Shown: in pieces, positions 46,203 through 62,699 of the stretch | Position numbering within the stretch: the stretch's first letter is position 1 | Layout of the letters: each line of letters starts with the position of its first letter | From: Eledone cirrhosa | Lineage: Eukaryota | DNA length: 64,000 nt | Assembly: GCA_964016885.1 (NCBI GenBank) | Contig: OZ024740.1 | Location: 427,552,001 to 427,616,000, forward strand | Direction: 5' to 3' | Program-made: the position numbers and the translations under genes | Notes under the pieces: model-generated | What the model was told of the DNA's origin: nothing | The model's input: only the letters and a program-made list of their open reading frames with translations | Databases searched by the model: none

Positions 46203-47116
46203 TCTATGTACATAAATGGCAAATTCTGTCTGTTTGTGTGTTTGTTTGTGAACCTAAAACTCAAAAACTACCAAACCGATCTTGATGAAACTTGACACGT
46301 GTGTGGGGCCCATTTCATTTCTTACGTATATTTCATTTTAATCAAAGGGTTCCCCGGGGACTCAAACCCCCGCTGAAAAATTTTTCCCTTCAAGTTATAT
46401 GAAATTTAAACCATAGGTAAATGACAAGATATGATGCCTATTTACAAAAGTTTTGAATTGATATTTTTAAAAAAAACTTATTTACAAGAAACAAAATAAG
46501 AATAAGATTTAATAATGTAATTTTGATTTGATGTATTACAAAAAATAATTGTTTCTACTTTTGGCACAAGGCCAACAATTATCCCAGTGTATTACTGGTA
46601 CTTTATTTTATCGACCCCGTAAGGATGAAAGGCAAAGTTAACCTCGGCGGGATTTGAACTCAGACCATAAAGGCCCGTAACTCTTTGCCACAAAGCATGG
46701 CGTCCGACCCTCTATCGATACTGCCAATCCACCGCCCTAAAATAATTGTTTCTACTTTTGGCACAGGGCCAACAATTATCCCAGTGCATTAGTGGTACTT
46801 TATTTTATCAACCCCGTAAGGATGAAAGGCAAAGTTAACCTCGGCGGGATTTGAACTCAGATCATAAAGGGACGTAACTCTATGCTTCAATGCATGGTGT
46901 CCGACTCTCTACCGATACTGCCAATCCACCGCCCTTATATATATTACAAAAGATAATGTTTTCCAATTTTCCATGCATTACATTTTAAATTGAGTAATAT
47001 TGAAATGCAAAGTTTTTCTCCATAAATTATATCACTGATTTAAAATCAATCATCATTTTCTTACAAAAAAAAAAAAAAATGTCTGAAACGCAGCAAGTCA
47101 CGGGTAATTCGGCTAG
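46203..47116 (+). mobile_element. Non-autonomous Helitron containing a SINE-1 tandem pair (46546-46934, -)
   Basis: A|TC 5' end with tctgtctgtttg microsatellite and aaccgatcttgatgaaact motif; 3' end gcaagtcacgggtaattcggCTAG|T. Confidence 0.7.
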
Positions 47117-47741
47117 TAACTAATATTTCAGTCATAAGATTTTATGTTTAACTAGGATTATATTATCAAATGTGATCTTATTTTTCTACAGAAAAGAGAC
47201 GTTTGATTGCTATTTCTAGCAGGATGATCGACCATATCGATACAAGACTGGGAACATTATAGTGCCAGCGACGATTCACAAGTACATTAGAAATTATGTG
47301 GGATGAAATAAATATTGTATCTATAATTTTACAAAAAGGGAAGCAAGTGGCCTAGTGGTAAGGATGTTGGATGCCCATAACGTCAAATATTAGATTCCTG
47401 GAATAGTTTGTGTTCTTGAGCAAAACACTTCATTTCACGTTGGTCCAGTATACTCAGCTGTAAATGAATACCAGCAGTAATAACAGGGTTTAAACCAGCG
47501 ATTGACAGATGTCATGTTTCAATCACTTAACGCCACAGAAACTGGGATAATCACCGGTCAGATCTGCTTCGAAACAGACATCAGACTGAATTTTACAAAA
47601 ATATTGATAAACCACTTATAAAGAAATTTCTATTTTAGTTTAAGGCTTAATGTTTTGATTTCTGATTTTAACTTTTTTCTTTTTTTTTTCATATTTCGGG
47701 AGGGGAGTTTTATATTCGAATGCGAGACATTCGAATATAAA

Positions 47742-47797
<56 letters not shown>

Positions 47798-47840
47798 CTC
47801 AACTACTAGCACCACTACTACCATCACTACCACCACCACC

Positions 47841-47880
<40 letters not shown>

Positions 47881-47907
47881 ATACTACTACTACTACAACT
47901 ACTACCA

Positions 47908-47963
<56 letters not shown>

Positions 47964-47977
47964 CAACTACTACTACT
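47742..47977 (+). repeat. (ACT)n/(ACC)n trinucleotide tract
   Basis: Direct inspection. Confidence 0.95.
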
Positions 47978-49312
47978 CTCCGTAACCTCAGTCTACTCCA
48001 CTCCACACCATTCTACTATGGCGACGTCATCAATTGAAATAAATTGAAATTGCAGATGTTTCGTCGAAGCCACTGGATTAAGTTAAACAGCTCAGCTGGA
48101 CAGTGCAGTGAGGCGTTCTCACAGAGGATCTCCAAGGACAACAAAACCTGATATTTACCCGGTTCGGTTCACTCTTTACTCTTTCCTCTTCACTCTTCAC
48201 CCCACCCCCTCAACCCCCACCCTTCTTTGTGTTTGACACTGGTCATAAATCGTCACAGATGTTGGCATACTGTTAACGTCAATATATTGGTGCTGGCCTG
48301 TAGCGTCGATGAAAATTTAATTTCCGACCTATCGATTATTTGATGTGTGGAGCTTGTATAGAAAGACGTATGTTTATATATGTTTATATGGTGGCTGAGT
48401 GGTTAGAGAATTGGATTCGTAATCATGAGGTTGTGAGTTCGATTCCCGGGCTGGGCGATGCGTTATGTCCTTGGGCAAGACACTTTATTTCACGCTGCTC
48501 CTTCTACCTAGAGTTGCGACCGATAGAGAGTATTAGCAATAAGAAAGACCAATGGAAACTTTGTTTCCTCGGACCGATTTGACGAAAGTCGATCGACTGT
48601 CTCTATATATGTATATATAGGATTATATATGTATGTGTTCATGTGCATGTGTAACCCTACATGTATTCGGGTTACACATGTATGTATGCATATATATACA
48701 CATATATATAAAAACACAAGGCTCATTTGGCCGGTGCTTATCCCGGTTTCATAGCGTGAAGAGAGTACAAACTCACCCCTGGACAGGACGCCAGACCATC
48801 GCAGGGTTAAACCTCCAGATATTGGTGGTGCTCATTTTCAGCTGAGTATACTGGAGCAACGTTAAATGAAGTGTTTTGCTCAAGAACACAACACGCAGCC
48901 CAGGAATCGAGCCCACGACATTATGATCGTAAATCCAACACCCTTACCACCAGGCCACGTGCCTCCACATACACATATATATATACATGTATACATACAT
49001 ATATACATGCATGTTTGTATAAGTACACATATATACATACATGTACACATACATACGTACATACATGCATGCATGCATACGTACATATATACATACACAG
49101 GTACACACATACATACATACATAAAATTAACACTTATATATATACATTTATACATTTATTCCAACGGCTTAATTTAAATATACTGTTTTAAACCTTTCCA
49201 ACATAATTTACATAATAAAACAACAATAAATCTAATAACGCCACTATCCAATCAGAATGGTTGCATTTTTTAAGGGTATGTCAATATTTATTTATAAAAC
49301 TAACCTATAATA

Positions 49313-49378
49313 TATTTTATCTGATGAAAGCGCACCATAGTTTGCTATGGTGGCCCTTGAAATATGTATAATGAAATA
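49313..49378 (+). ncRNA. Hammerhead ribozyme in a solo diverged family-B pLTR (~49270-49422)
   Basis: tattttat-CTGATGA-aag..caccatag tttg ctatggtg..ctt-GAAA-tatgta-TA-atgaaata. Confidence 0.85.
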
Positions 49379-49499
49379 AATATGGTTTTATAAATATAGT
49401 TTCCATTTGTTAATATATTGTACATTTATACATGTATATATACATACATATGTACATATATATATATACATACATATATGATGGATGCAAACTCTGCTA

Positions 49500-49937
49500 A
49501 GAGAATTTTAGGCTACGGCCAGTAACACAAACCTGTAACAGACCCTGAACAAGCAATACCTGTCCTTTAAGTAGATCAATCCCACTTTCTGAGCATCGGA
49601 AACACTACCCGAAAAAGAGAACTGGTCAACATCATCGGATGCTTCCGAAGCCGCAGGTTTTTTGGGGGTTTTATTTTCAGAGTTTCCCGCTCTTAGAAAG
49701 GTGTTGTGACAACAACAGGGGGCCTCTCACTCCCAGGTGGAAAACAAAAGGATATTTGGATGGTCATAGACTCTGCTGAGTTACTCCGCCTTTTACCGGG
49801 TCATGTATTTCACCCTACAGGTTGTCCAAATATGACCCTCCTCACTAAACAAGATTGGTGGGGTAGCCGAGGACCTGGCCCTGAGACAAGTTGTACTGGG
49901 TTACATGTTACCAGTAGCACTCGAGAGCGATCTGACA
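49500..49937 (-). mobile_element. RTE-derived short repeat related to 6341-6768
   Basis: Shares gtgctactggtaacatgta.cccagtacaac and gtgaggagggt. Confidence 0.55.
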
Positions 49938-52900
49938 TACATATATAAACACATACATATTTATATGCACATATATATATATATATATATACGAACAATA
50001 CAGAATCGTATTGGACAGGTATATATATGTGTTTGTATATATATAGGGGTCTATGTGTGAGAGTGTACTTGTGTATGTGTATTTGTGTGTGTGATTGTGT
50101 ACCACGCAATGCAAGCACATATAAATTAACAGTAGCACTAACACAGCGTGATTCAAAATAGAATGATACCTGGAATGATACACAATATGTTTATATATAA
50201 TAAGGATGATGAATATTTCTCACTATTTCTAACGGTGACCATGTCATAGCTACCACAGGGGCAGTGTCAAACACTATAGCATTTCGGAGTCATTAATTTA
50301 TTATCCAGAGTCGGTAGAGCGTCGGACAATATGCTTTACATAATTGAGTTACGGCCCTTTACGGTCTGAGTTCAAATCCCGCCAAGGTGAGCTTGGCCTT
50401 TCATCCTTACGAGTTCGATAACATAAAGCACCAGTAATGTATTGGGGTCGATTTACTCGACTTTCCCCTCTCCTCTAATTGCTGGTATTGTGCCTATTTA
50501 TGTATACATGACGTTTATTCACTCTATACTGAGGCCCGAAAATTACAGATTCTTATACACAGGATTTGGCGAACAATTCATAGATAGAGTTGCTTACTTG
50601 CATATATAGTACTGATTTTACAGGTTAATATTAATTAAAACTAGCCTTAACACCTAGCTTATTCAGACAAGAGGAAATATATAGAAGCATATACAATATC
50701 TTTGTGTATAGTACACATATCTTTATGTATAAGGCACATCAAATTGAACGAGTTCCACCACACTCGGTAAGCGAATGCGGGCTGGGATCTTGTTAATAGA
50801 TAGAAAAAATGTCTTAATAACATATATACATAGGTCTCACAGGAAGATGAATAAAGTCCTGAAATACTATTGGACGTTTTCACACAGCACCTAATATACC
50901 TGTGACACGATCACAGCTTAACATATTAATAAAGTGTTTTATAGTAGTTTATTATACAGAAATATATTGTATATTCTTTCATTCAATCCTCTGAATCACG
51001 GTAGTTAGTGCTACTGCTGATTGAAACCACCCCACAAATCTCCATAAAAGTCGCCGGCTCGCTTCAGTCACGAATGATCATGGTTTTGCATCTAGAAAGG
51101 CACAAGTCTGGGCAAGGTGTGTTTTTATAAGTATAACTCCTGCAGTCGCCCATGCATATTAGTCTCCCCTCAGTATGCCACCGATGTGCACACAAGAATA
51201 TAGTGTATCTATTGTAAACCAGATATACACAGGGATATTTAAAGTCTCAGTAAATATAGAAGAAACATTATAACATAAAATATAAGAATGACACAACAGA
51301 AGGTATAAATAAAAGTGTTAGGAAGACAAACATCAGAGAAGTTTATAGGATATTGATTAGAGAAATACATGAAACAGATGCGATCTGACTGATAAAATGC
51401 CATCGATTTCGCCTAAGGGAAAGGCAATGGCCGAACAGCTTGACAACAGTGACGTCACCACTCATTTCTACAACTGAGTAAACTGAAGCAACCTGAAATA
51501 AAGTGTTTTGCTCAACAACGCAACGTGTCACCTGGTCAGGTATTCGTACTCACAACCTTACGATTGTGAGCTCAAACCACTAAGTCACATAATGTTTCAA
51601 ATAAATATATACGTTATCAACTTATTTTGCCCCAGTGCCGAGAGAGTTAACGCCACAGATAAAGGCGGAAAATCCTGAAATAACATCGATACTTCTCAAG
51701 TTAAATGTGCAGCACCATTTCTGCAGCACCATTTCCACCGAGCGAAGAGAAGTAACAGAAATATTTCCAATTTAATAACACATCGAATTTAGAGGCGTTA
51801 ATACAATGAAGGAACAATTATAGTAAGAAATGAGTTGGGAGAATGGACACGCACACCCAGACTACCATAATATGAACATAGATATATAATGGACGTATGA
51901 TTTAATAATACACTCTCAGAAACAATGGTTAGGCCAGATATTAGCTACAGAAAAAGTTGTATATATATATATATATGTTTATGTGTGAGTGTTTGTGTGA
52001 GTGTGTGTGTAAGTATGGGTATGTGTGTGTGTAGTGTATGTGTGACTGTGTGTGTACATATATACACACAGACGCACGTGTACACACACAAAGAGATTGA
52101 CAGGATGGCTAGAAATAACTCACTAATTCCTTCAAACACAGCAACTCATATAATCATACGATTGAATCTGTGTTTGTTTCTGGAGGTTTAGAAATCAACA
52201 AAACTGAATACAAGTAATCACACTGGAGTCGATTTAATCGGAACAGATTTTCCTTTGAGCTTTTTATTAATAAGTAACCTGCAATCAAATACATGAAAGA
52301 AATAATCTTGTTGATTAAAACAGAGAAACTATAATTGAATTGTCGCTTCTAATTCAGAAATGTCGATAGAAACCAAACTTTACTTCGCATTAACTAAAAT
52401 CGCATTAACAGAATGTTAAAATTCAATGTTAGAAAATGGTTTACATTCAATTTAAACTATTTTAACTAAAACTTACAAATGTTAGAATTATTTCTTTGTC
52501 CCAAGATGCGAAATCTTGTATGCACTAGAAAACCTGGATTTGAAGGTTTCTATAACATTGAAGTCATTGCACAAACCAATCGACAGAACAATGAAAAGTC
52601 GATGCGTCGTGTATGCAGAAATGAGCATGATATATCAATGTGTCAAAAACAGTTGTAGATCGATGACAGGCGAAATCAAACAAAGACCTTGATCGATTTT
52701 CTTCTTCAATTAACAAGATAACCATTATTTTATTTTATTTTATTCTTTGGCTGAAATAATAACTGGAAATACAGGCAAAAATTCAGATAAAAATAGTCTC
52801 TTTTTATTTTTAATTTAATTATGAGATCAAAGGAGAGAAGTTAATCTTTAAACGCTGTTTAATTGGTGCTGGTGTAATGGGGAAACAAATTAGATGAGGT

Positions 52901-53581
52901 ACTTCATTCGTTTGATACTGATATTTCCTTTCATTTTCAGGACTCCATTGAGAGAAAAAAGGCTGGGTGGAGATCAAGTTTATACAATAGGATTTGTTAC
53001 AAATAAAAGATGGGAGATTTTGGCTTGAAAACAATTTAGTTATTTCATCTTCAAATAGTACTTCATTTTAATATTTTATATGAAAATTGTTTATCAAGTC
53101 GGTAATTATATATTAAAGTCATGTTAGGGTATCAATATATGTAATTCCAAAGAGAGTTCGTTTTTCAATCACATCAATTTCTGAACTATAATTTATGAGT
53201 ATAGCCAAATTCTGGTGAACTGAGGCGGCTCACAATACCTTTTCACAATCTGGCATGTACATTCAAATGTATTTTGTAAGATATGAGGATCTAACTGTGT
53301 TTAAATGATGTCCATAGGGTGAGTAAGAGAGACTGTTGCCAAAAATGTGGCAAAGCAGAATCAAATTCCCAGTTTACATTGATGTTACAACACAATCTAA
53401 CCACTATTTTGGTATGCAAGAAAAGAGTTTGATGCAGCCATCATTTGAATAAGTTTATCATATCACGTTTCCCGTTTGGAAATAAAATGCTTGAGTATTC
53501 TCTACTTATTACAAATTTGTCTACGACAAACCACAGCTGGACTTGCAGAAAATATTACAACGATAGTAATGCCTCGCTGTA

Positions 53582-54862
<1,281 letters not shown>

Positions 54863-55315
54863 AAACGAAAAATCAGTGATGCATCTGGACTCAATTTATT
54901 GCGTGTTACAATTGTTTCGCCGGCAGGTAGCTCGAGACATGGTCCCTGTATGGATCTGACTGATTCTACGGCTGCAGGTTCCTTCAGACACGGGTATTTC
55001 GTTCGGAGCAAATTTTATCACTGGGATTTTATCATAAAAAACACCCTCAAAAACCCTCTTCCACTCTTGTCATGCCATTGGCTGTTCTTACTCCACGTCA
55101 TCTTAAGTTCTGGTCACTATTTACTGCTACACGGGTCATCAGCCATTTTCCGTCCGACACACTTCAATGGAGTCATGCTGGGTTCGGTATTTCACACGTC
55201 TGTTCACACTCCAGAGCATGCAACCACACATACAAATACACACACAGGCAGACACAGACACATGCGTGCCTACACATATGCACGCATACATGCGTAGCCC
55301 CCCCCCCCCCCACTC

Positions 55316-55348
<33 letters not shown>

Positions 55349-56251
55349 CACTCTCCCGTACTTCCACAGACCCAAGCACACCCACTTCTAGATACAGACC
55401 GCCACAAGCCTATTAACGCCAGCTTAAGTCGCGCCATATATCCGGTCCGCAGGCACGACCCACGCAAACATGCACATATACACATACGCGCACACACAAA
55501 CCTACGCACAACCTTATATAAATATATATATATACACACACTCATACACACACATATATACATACGCACATATATATATATATATATACACACATGCACA
55601 CACATACATACAAAATACACATACGTACACAAAATTACAAACACACATACATACACACACATATATATATATATACAAAAAAACACTACATGCATACGCA
55701 CAACCACACACACACATACATATATACATGCATACATATATACATCTACATATACACACGCAAACGGACTGCCACATGCAGATACCTGCACTTATGCATA
55801 TTTGCTTACAGACACATGTTTCCACATATACATTTATAAACAAAACCGTAAATTAAAAATACATTATATAATAAAAAAAAACACAATATACCATAAAATA
55901 ACGGTAAAATAACATAAAATAAAATATCAATATAGTATATAATATAATATATATATATATATCTATATACACATGTACACACATTCATACATACATATAC
56001 GGATATATACAATGGATAATGGATATATGATAAAATAATAAAAATAATAGTAATAAAATGTATATATAATCCATATATAATCATCCGTACACATTCCTGT
56101 GAGATGTACATAAACATATACATGTATACACAAATACACATACACATATATAGAGGCCCACATATGCACCCACCCGCACCCACACATATATAGATATATA
56201 CACATACGCACCCACATACACACACATACTCATACGTAGCTATACGTACAT

Positions 56252-56371
<120 letters not shown>

Positions 56372-57249
56372 ATATATATACACACACTCTGCCACATACG
56401 TACATACATGTCCATGCATGCAAACACACGCGCTCATAAGCTCATGCATATACGTACACATGCCCAGATACACACCCCCATACACACCCACATATATATA
56501 TATATATCTACACACACACACACACATATACCTACGCACACGTCCACACATAAAACACCCAAATATAAACACAATTGGATAATAAAATAAAATAAATAAA
56601 TTTACAATATTTTAGAAACATTAAATCTGTAACTTCACAAATAGATACATAAAAAAGGGGTAAATAAAAAACGGTTGGGGAGGGAGGGGGGTACAGGAGA
56701 AGGTGCGTGTTCCATGTGATATACTACACACAGGTAGTATGAGGTACAAACTTGGGTCCGTATATAGAACAAGTAACAGTAACAGAACAATAATAGAACA
56801 ATAATAGAACAATAATTGTTTCTACTTTAGGCACAAGGCCAGCAAATAACCAGTACATTACTGGTACTTTATTTTATAATAATGACTAATAATCATTGTT
56901 CTAAAGTGAAACATGTGGAGAGTATATAGTGACGATTGACGGGGTACACATTCAAGGGGACGCCCGGCCCGGTCGCCATGGTGCATGGCACCGTGGCTGG
57001 CGTGTGCTGTTCTATATATTTGGGGTATCGGACCGGGCTGCCGTGGACCCCGTGTTAGCCGTCTCGGCCCAGGCGATGTATCTGCCCAATGTTGTGTGCT
57101 CCGTCAGGTGCGCCCCTGGTTTACATATGTTTGCCTCATGGGTCGCAGAATGTCATCGGGGCATGGCGTCAGGTCCCCTAATCCGGCGGTTCGGGTCTGT
57201 GCGTACCCGTTCCCATGCCCCCGGCCTGTGCCACCCGAAGGATTCCATG

Positions 57250-59923
57250 CTGCAAATGTGCATCTTCTCTGGTGTCTGCAGGTCATGATAATTTCAGACT
57301 TCAGGTTGACCGCGTCATCTTTCAGTCTGACTATCTCCATGGCCTCGTGTAGGCATAGTCGGCACTTTCTACTTCCGGCCGAATATGCCCAGGACCGCTA
57401 ACCTAATGGAGTGCCGTTTTCTACGGTTCCTGAAGGAATTCGTGTGATTATACATCCGCGATTTAAAGGTCATGGATGTTGCGCCGACGTAGGAGTGATG
57501 CGCGTTTTGGGTTGTAACCACACACTTGTATATTAGGTCCTTCATCAGGCATTTTCCCTGTAGGGGGCACCTGGTGCCCGCTCTGCAGTTACAAGTTCTG
57601 TTTTCAGTTCTTACGCATCCGATGTCCGGGCCTCGATCTGTTATGGCCCTCTCAAAGTTCTCAGGGTGTTGTTCCGCCGACACTGTTGTCTCCCCCATGC
57701 CACTATTTCCCTCTCGGGCGCTCTGGTCGCCTCGGGGGCCGAGTTGTCATTTGAGGGCCGGTCCCTGGGTGGTTCTCCGCTCTCCGAAAACGGTCACTCT
57801 GTCGCCGCGGTTGACGGCCAGTGTGCGCCATCTTGACGGCGTTAGTTTTAGCCATGTAGTCGGCCTTTTTACGTGCTGTGGAGAAGGAAAACTTCACCGT
57901 GTGGGGGTTGAAGATTTTGTGGTACTTGTTCGTCGGCGGAAAGTACTCATCCAACGCTCGGAAAAAAGTCCTGGCACGTTGGTACGTACATGTTTGGAGT
58001 AAGGCGCATTAAACCAAGTAACGGCCTTAAATCTGTTCCTTCGTGTGCGTGGATTCTTGTTGGTGTGTCCTGGACCCGATGTCCGTTCTGTGCTCCGGCC
58101 AACCACAATTACATCCCGGGTGTTGTCTCTATCTATTTTCCCGCTATGGGCGTCGGCGTTATGCCCTACAGTTATAAAGTTACGTCGCTCTATGTGGTCA
58201 GCTATAATCTATTCCCCTTAGGTCTATGTGATGCTGTTGTCGGTGCTGTACCACTACAACCAGGCTGGGCGTGTTCCCTGGCGGGTGCCCCGTCCGTATT
58301 TGTCGATGTCCTGTCCCTGGTCCCAGTTTCCGCGGAGCATGCAGTGTGCGTTCCAGGCCCATGCCTTCGCGTACTGGGTGGTCTGGCTCCTATGGGTGCC
58401 CTTATCCTACCTCCGGTCGGTCCTGCGTCATTAATGTTAGTTGTGTTGCTATTTGTGTTCGTAGATACTGCTGCCGGGTCATTTCTTCAACCTAAGGAGG
58501 CGCCCTCGCTATTGGCATTTCTGCACGCCTCATCACTTGGCTCTTCTCTGTCCGGTGTATATAGTATGGTGTCTGTGTAACCGGCCCTGCGCAGTGCTTC
58601 ATTATAATATTCGGCGTGTTGTTTAAACACGTCTACGTTCGACGACAGGGTGGATACGCGTTTGGATACCCCTTTAACTATGGCTTCTATGACTGACTTA
58701 GGGTGATTCGATTGCCTGTTCACATATTGCAGGTTTTCGTTGGGCTTATTGTACGGTCTGTGGATGCCCGTATTCATTTCCAAGGTAACATCCAGGAAAT
58801 TGACCGTCTTAGTGCTAGGATCTATTATCACGGATAAGCCGTGTTGTTTAAAAAAATGCGATATGCGCTTTCTCATACGCTCCATCTGACTGGGGTTAAG
58901 GGAACGGGAGGTGAAAAGTGCGTCGTCTCTGTATATTCCACCTCCGATCCCCGGGATCTCCTCCGTTAGCCTATGGATGAGATATATCCCCACAAGGTCG
59001 GTCACCTCCGCCGTGTCACTCGACCCCATGGTGATATCGAAACTGTCGGGTCTATCCCTCCTCTCCCATATATTTACTTCGAATCTAATTAGCGTATTTC
59101 TGGCTGCTACTATGAAGTTGGTCTCGTCCCTAGTGAGGCTAGATCTGGCCATGGCGGTTATGAGGGCCTTATTGACTAGTATCGGAGATACTGACGCGTA
59201 ATAGTTATCTATGTCTAACTGAATAAAATGTACTTGTTGTTTGTCACCTATTAACGAGAACCAGTCAATTACCTCCTTAGTGGAGGTCCATAGGCTAAGC
59301 TTAGTTTTGTTTCTAAGTACCGGTAGTATCCTATCTATAATATTCTTGCTGGTCTTGCCTAGGTCAGATCTGGAGGGTGCTATTAACTTAACCGGTAGTT
59401 TTGTTTTAAAGTCTAATTTATGGTCCTTAATAGATATCCGTGGTTTTCTAGGTACATATACCTCGGTCCTATCCTCTAGTCCTAGCCCCGTCATTATATT
59501 TTTTGCCGTGGCGTTAATACTACCTAAATTTGTCTGTCCAGCGGTCCTATAGTTTTTCCTAATTTCTTTCCCGAGGTAGTCGTTGTATGTAAAACGGTCA
59601 AGCATGTATACATTACCAGTTTTGTCCGAGGGCACAAGTAAATCCCAGAATTTTTCCACGGTTTTGATGGTGGAGCTGAGACTTTTGAGATATTTGGTCC
59701 GCCATGCACTATTCCTATGGAACTTGATGTTACGGACTATGTTGATTATACGGTTTTCCTCCAACTGTGCATTATACGGTGGGTGTCTGCTTGATCTAAA
59801 TATCCGCTTTAGGCGGTCCTGAGGAGCGTCGGGCGCGTGTTGTTGTGTCCGCCTGTCGTGGTGAAATGCGCGCCACCTCATGCGTCTGATGAACGAGTTG
59901 GTGTGGTATATCAGCAGGCCCAT
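57250..59923 (-). pseudogene. Disrupted PLE RT-GIY-YIG ORF (family C); RT open over 58487-59923 (478 aa)
   Basis: ORF pieces 58487-59923, 57894-58106, 57703-57954, 57369-57698 and 57104-57340. Confidence 0.9.
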
Positions 59924-59952
59924 GTGATAAAATTTGCTCCGAACGAACTACC

Positions 59953-60043
59953 CGTGTCTGAAGGAACCTGCAGCCGTAGAATCAGCCAGATCCATACAGG
60001 GATCATGTCTCGAGCTACCTGTCGGCGAAACAATTGTAACACG
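59953..60043 (+). ncRNA. Hammerhead-like motif of family C (core CTGAAGG); mirror copy at 54902-54992 (-)
   Basis: cgtgt-CTGAAGG...ggc-GAAA-caattg-TA-acacg; stem II irregular. Confidence 0.6.
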
Positions 60044-60187
60044 CAATAACATGAGTCCAGATGCATCACTGATTTTTCGTTTTCTTTATACTATTTACAC
60101 TCTACTCTGCTGAATATTGAGTGCTAATTTTGGCATACCGCCTATGGCAGCACCATAGCTACCATTATACACAAGTATATATATATC

Positions 60188-60219
<32 letters not shown>

Positions 60220-60728
60220 ATAATTATAATAATATTATTTATAGTTATATATACACTATACAACTATAAACAGGAAAGGTCAGTAGTTCATTACTACCTT
60301 ATTACCAGTAAGAAAAATAGCTCAATGTAAATACATCAGATGTTTTACAGAGCAGAATTATTATACTATTCTCCTGTAATCTCTGTCACATGCATTCCAC
60401 TCTGTGCCTCTTTAATTATTATACAATTCTCTTGTAGTCTCTGACACATCCATTCCACTCTGTAAATATGAAACTGTTGATGACAACATTAATATCCATG
60501 TATCTATATGATTGTTCAGTTGAATAGGAAGTTAATTATATGTCCAAACTTTGCTAGTGCTCCGATGGAACCAAACGAAAGTTTGGAAGAAACGATTGTC
60601 AGCAATAAAATGTTTTGAACATAGTTTTGATTATTGTGTAATTTATATATATATATGTATGTGTGTTAGGTAATTTCGAAGGAAAAGCAAAAGAAAAACG
60701 AGTGCTCTATGTATAGAACAGAGCTATC

Positions 60729-60859
60729 TAATTAGAAAGTGAACAACACAAATAACATCTCTGTCTGATGACCGGTCTAGACATATATTAATATTGTCTG
60801 GGATCCAGAAACCTTTGGTAATGCAGTAGTTATATTTTGTGTTGTTCACTTTCTAATTA
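60729..60859 (+). ncRNA. Small fold-back enclosing a hammerhead (60761-60826)
   Basis: CTGATGA-ggtctagaca/tgtctgggatcc-GAAA-cctttgg-TA, flanked by taattagaaagtgaacaacacaaa and tttgtgttgttcactttctaatta. Confidence 0.7.
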
Positions 60860-60862
60860 AAT

Positions 60863-60971
<109 letters not shown>

Positions 60972-61121
60972 TCCACATTGACTTTTTATGTTCTACATTA
61001 TACACGTTCTTTTTCCTTTTTCTTTTTTTCTTTTCACTTCATAAACCTTGTTTGTAAATAACATTATTCTTTCTGCACCTTCTGTTTAATATGTGCGACA
61101 CCACACTAATACATTTCACTA

Positions 61122-61159
61122 TTATTTGATAATGCATAAAAATGCTGAAACGGTAATAG
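61122..61159 (+). ncRNA. Possible minimal hammerhead, U3:A8 variant
   Basis: ttat-TTGATAA-t gcat aaaa atgc t-GAAA-cgg-TA-atag; short stems in AT-rich DNA. Confidence 0.45.
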
Positions 61160-61540
61160 ACAATAATTAAATATATAAATAGATAAATAAATGCCATTGT
61201 TAATTAATAAATAAATCAACTAATATCTTAACACTTCACACAAAGTAAAACATTTCGTTTTAATCATTTTCTAACCCAGAAAAAAGAGAGAGAGAAACAA
61301 AAAAGGAAAAAAAAAAAATGTTTCTTCCTAATAATCGTCTCTTTCTCCCTGTTTTCATATATATATATATATATATATATCAGGATAGTTTCAGCTTGAA
61401 ACTGGTTTTGACCATTACTCCGCAGTGTACTCGATACTTGGAGCTTGGGGTAGTAGAGTATGTCGATATTATAAAAAAAAGTCTGGACTCGACTCTGGCT
61501 GGAACTAACTGTTGAAACGGCAAGAGTCCCGACTTTATAC

Positions 61541-61603
<63 letters not shown>

Positions 61604-61729
61604 GTGTATATGTATGTGTAGGTTTGGGGCGTTTACAGTAGTCTCCCCTTTGCTTCCTATGCACATTTCGCCAGGATATTCAGTGATTTCAATTTTAAAG
61701 ATCAAAACTAGTGAGTACATTTTATTTTG

Positions 61730-62100
61730 TTAAACCAATCTTTTACCAGACCCAATATATGTTTTTGCCCATTTCTTGGTTAGTATTTTCAGGTATGACC
61801 TCTGCTTTATATACTATCGATTTTATGTTACAAGCCTGATCCCTGACCAAGTGAATTTGTACGAAGTCGTTGATGTAATTTTATAAGCCCCTGTGTTAGT
61901 GTGAGGACGTTTCATCTTCTTACTGCCTGAGAATATTTCGTCTCAAGACATTTTCTTTTACAGTTCATCAAAATAAGCTTCAGTAAACGCTGGCTACTCT
62001 AAATTGTTTCGAATCACACGTTCAGTCAAGAATGCCCTCTCTGTCTCCTGAGCCGCTAATATGGAAATTGAATGTGTTGAGGGGCATCCCACTAGAATTA
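61730..62100 (-). pseudogene. Decayed PLE GIY-YIG fragment
   Basis: Minus strand ACNIKSIVYKAEV, then TYIGS after a frameshift. Confidence 0.55.
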
Positions 62101-62699
62101 GGAAAGAGCTGTGGCAACATATGCGAACGTTGTCACTGTACTAGTATTTAGACACGACGCAACCCGAGGTGATTTTCGCCGGTTTAAATGGGGGTCAGGA
62201 ACCCAACTCAACCCAGACAAACTGGTAGAATAGCAAAGGGAGGCAAATCCATATAATGGGACTACCCCCGGGTGCTGGACGAAAAAAATAAATAAATAAA
62301 ACCGTTAAACTTCATGACTCTTTTTTGGTTCAAATATTCAGGTGGATAAAATCGGGGACGAAGATACGACCAACATAGCTAATTTCACCGAGTTGGTGGT
62401 GGTGGCGGTACATGTGGTGTTGGTGATAGTGTTGGGGTTGGTTGTGTTAGTGTTGGTGATGATGGCGGTGGTGGTACTGCTGCTCATGATGGTGGCGTCG
62501 GTGGCGGTGGCTGTATGGTGGTAGTACATGTGGAGTTGATGGTGTTAGTGTTGGGGATGATGGAGGTGGTGGTTGTGCTGCTGACGCTGGTGGCTGCGGC
62601 GGAAGTGACTTTTTGTTTTTGTTCCTTTTTCATATTTGTTAACATTAAAATAAGTTAAAGTCACGTATATCCAAACTATTTCCTGTGATAGTGTGGGAT

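Noticed and set aside
48388-48460. tRNA gene
   Set aside because: The tRNA-like head runs into the SINE core and lacks a proper acceptor stem
52200-53540. Non-repetitive AT-rich stretch as possible exons
   Set aside because: No long ORF or recognisable motif; cannot be supported without a search
57990-58580. 196-aa plus-strand ORF and neighbouring plus-strand ORFs
   Set aside because: Antisense to the GC-rich PLE linker; no recognisable motifs
57250-59923. Naiad-type selenoprotein PLE
   Set aside because: The endonuclease is C-terminal and the breaks I examined are frameshifts or non-TGA stops, not conserved in-frame TGA
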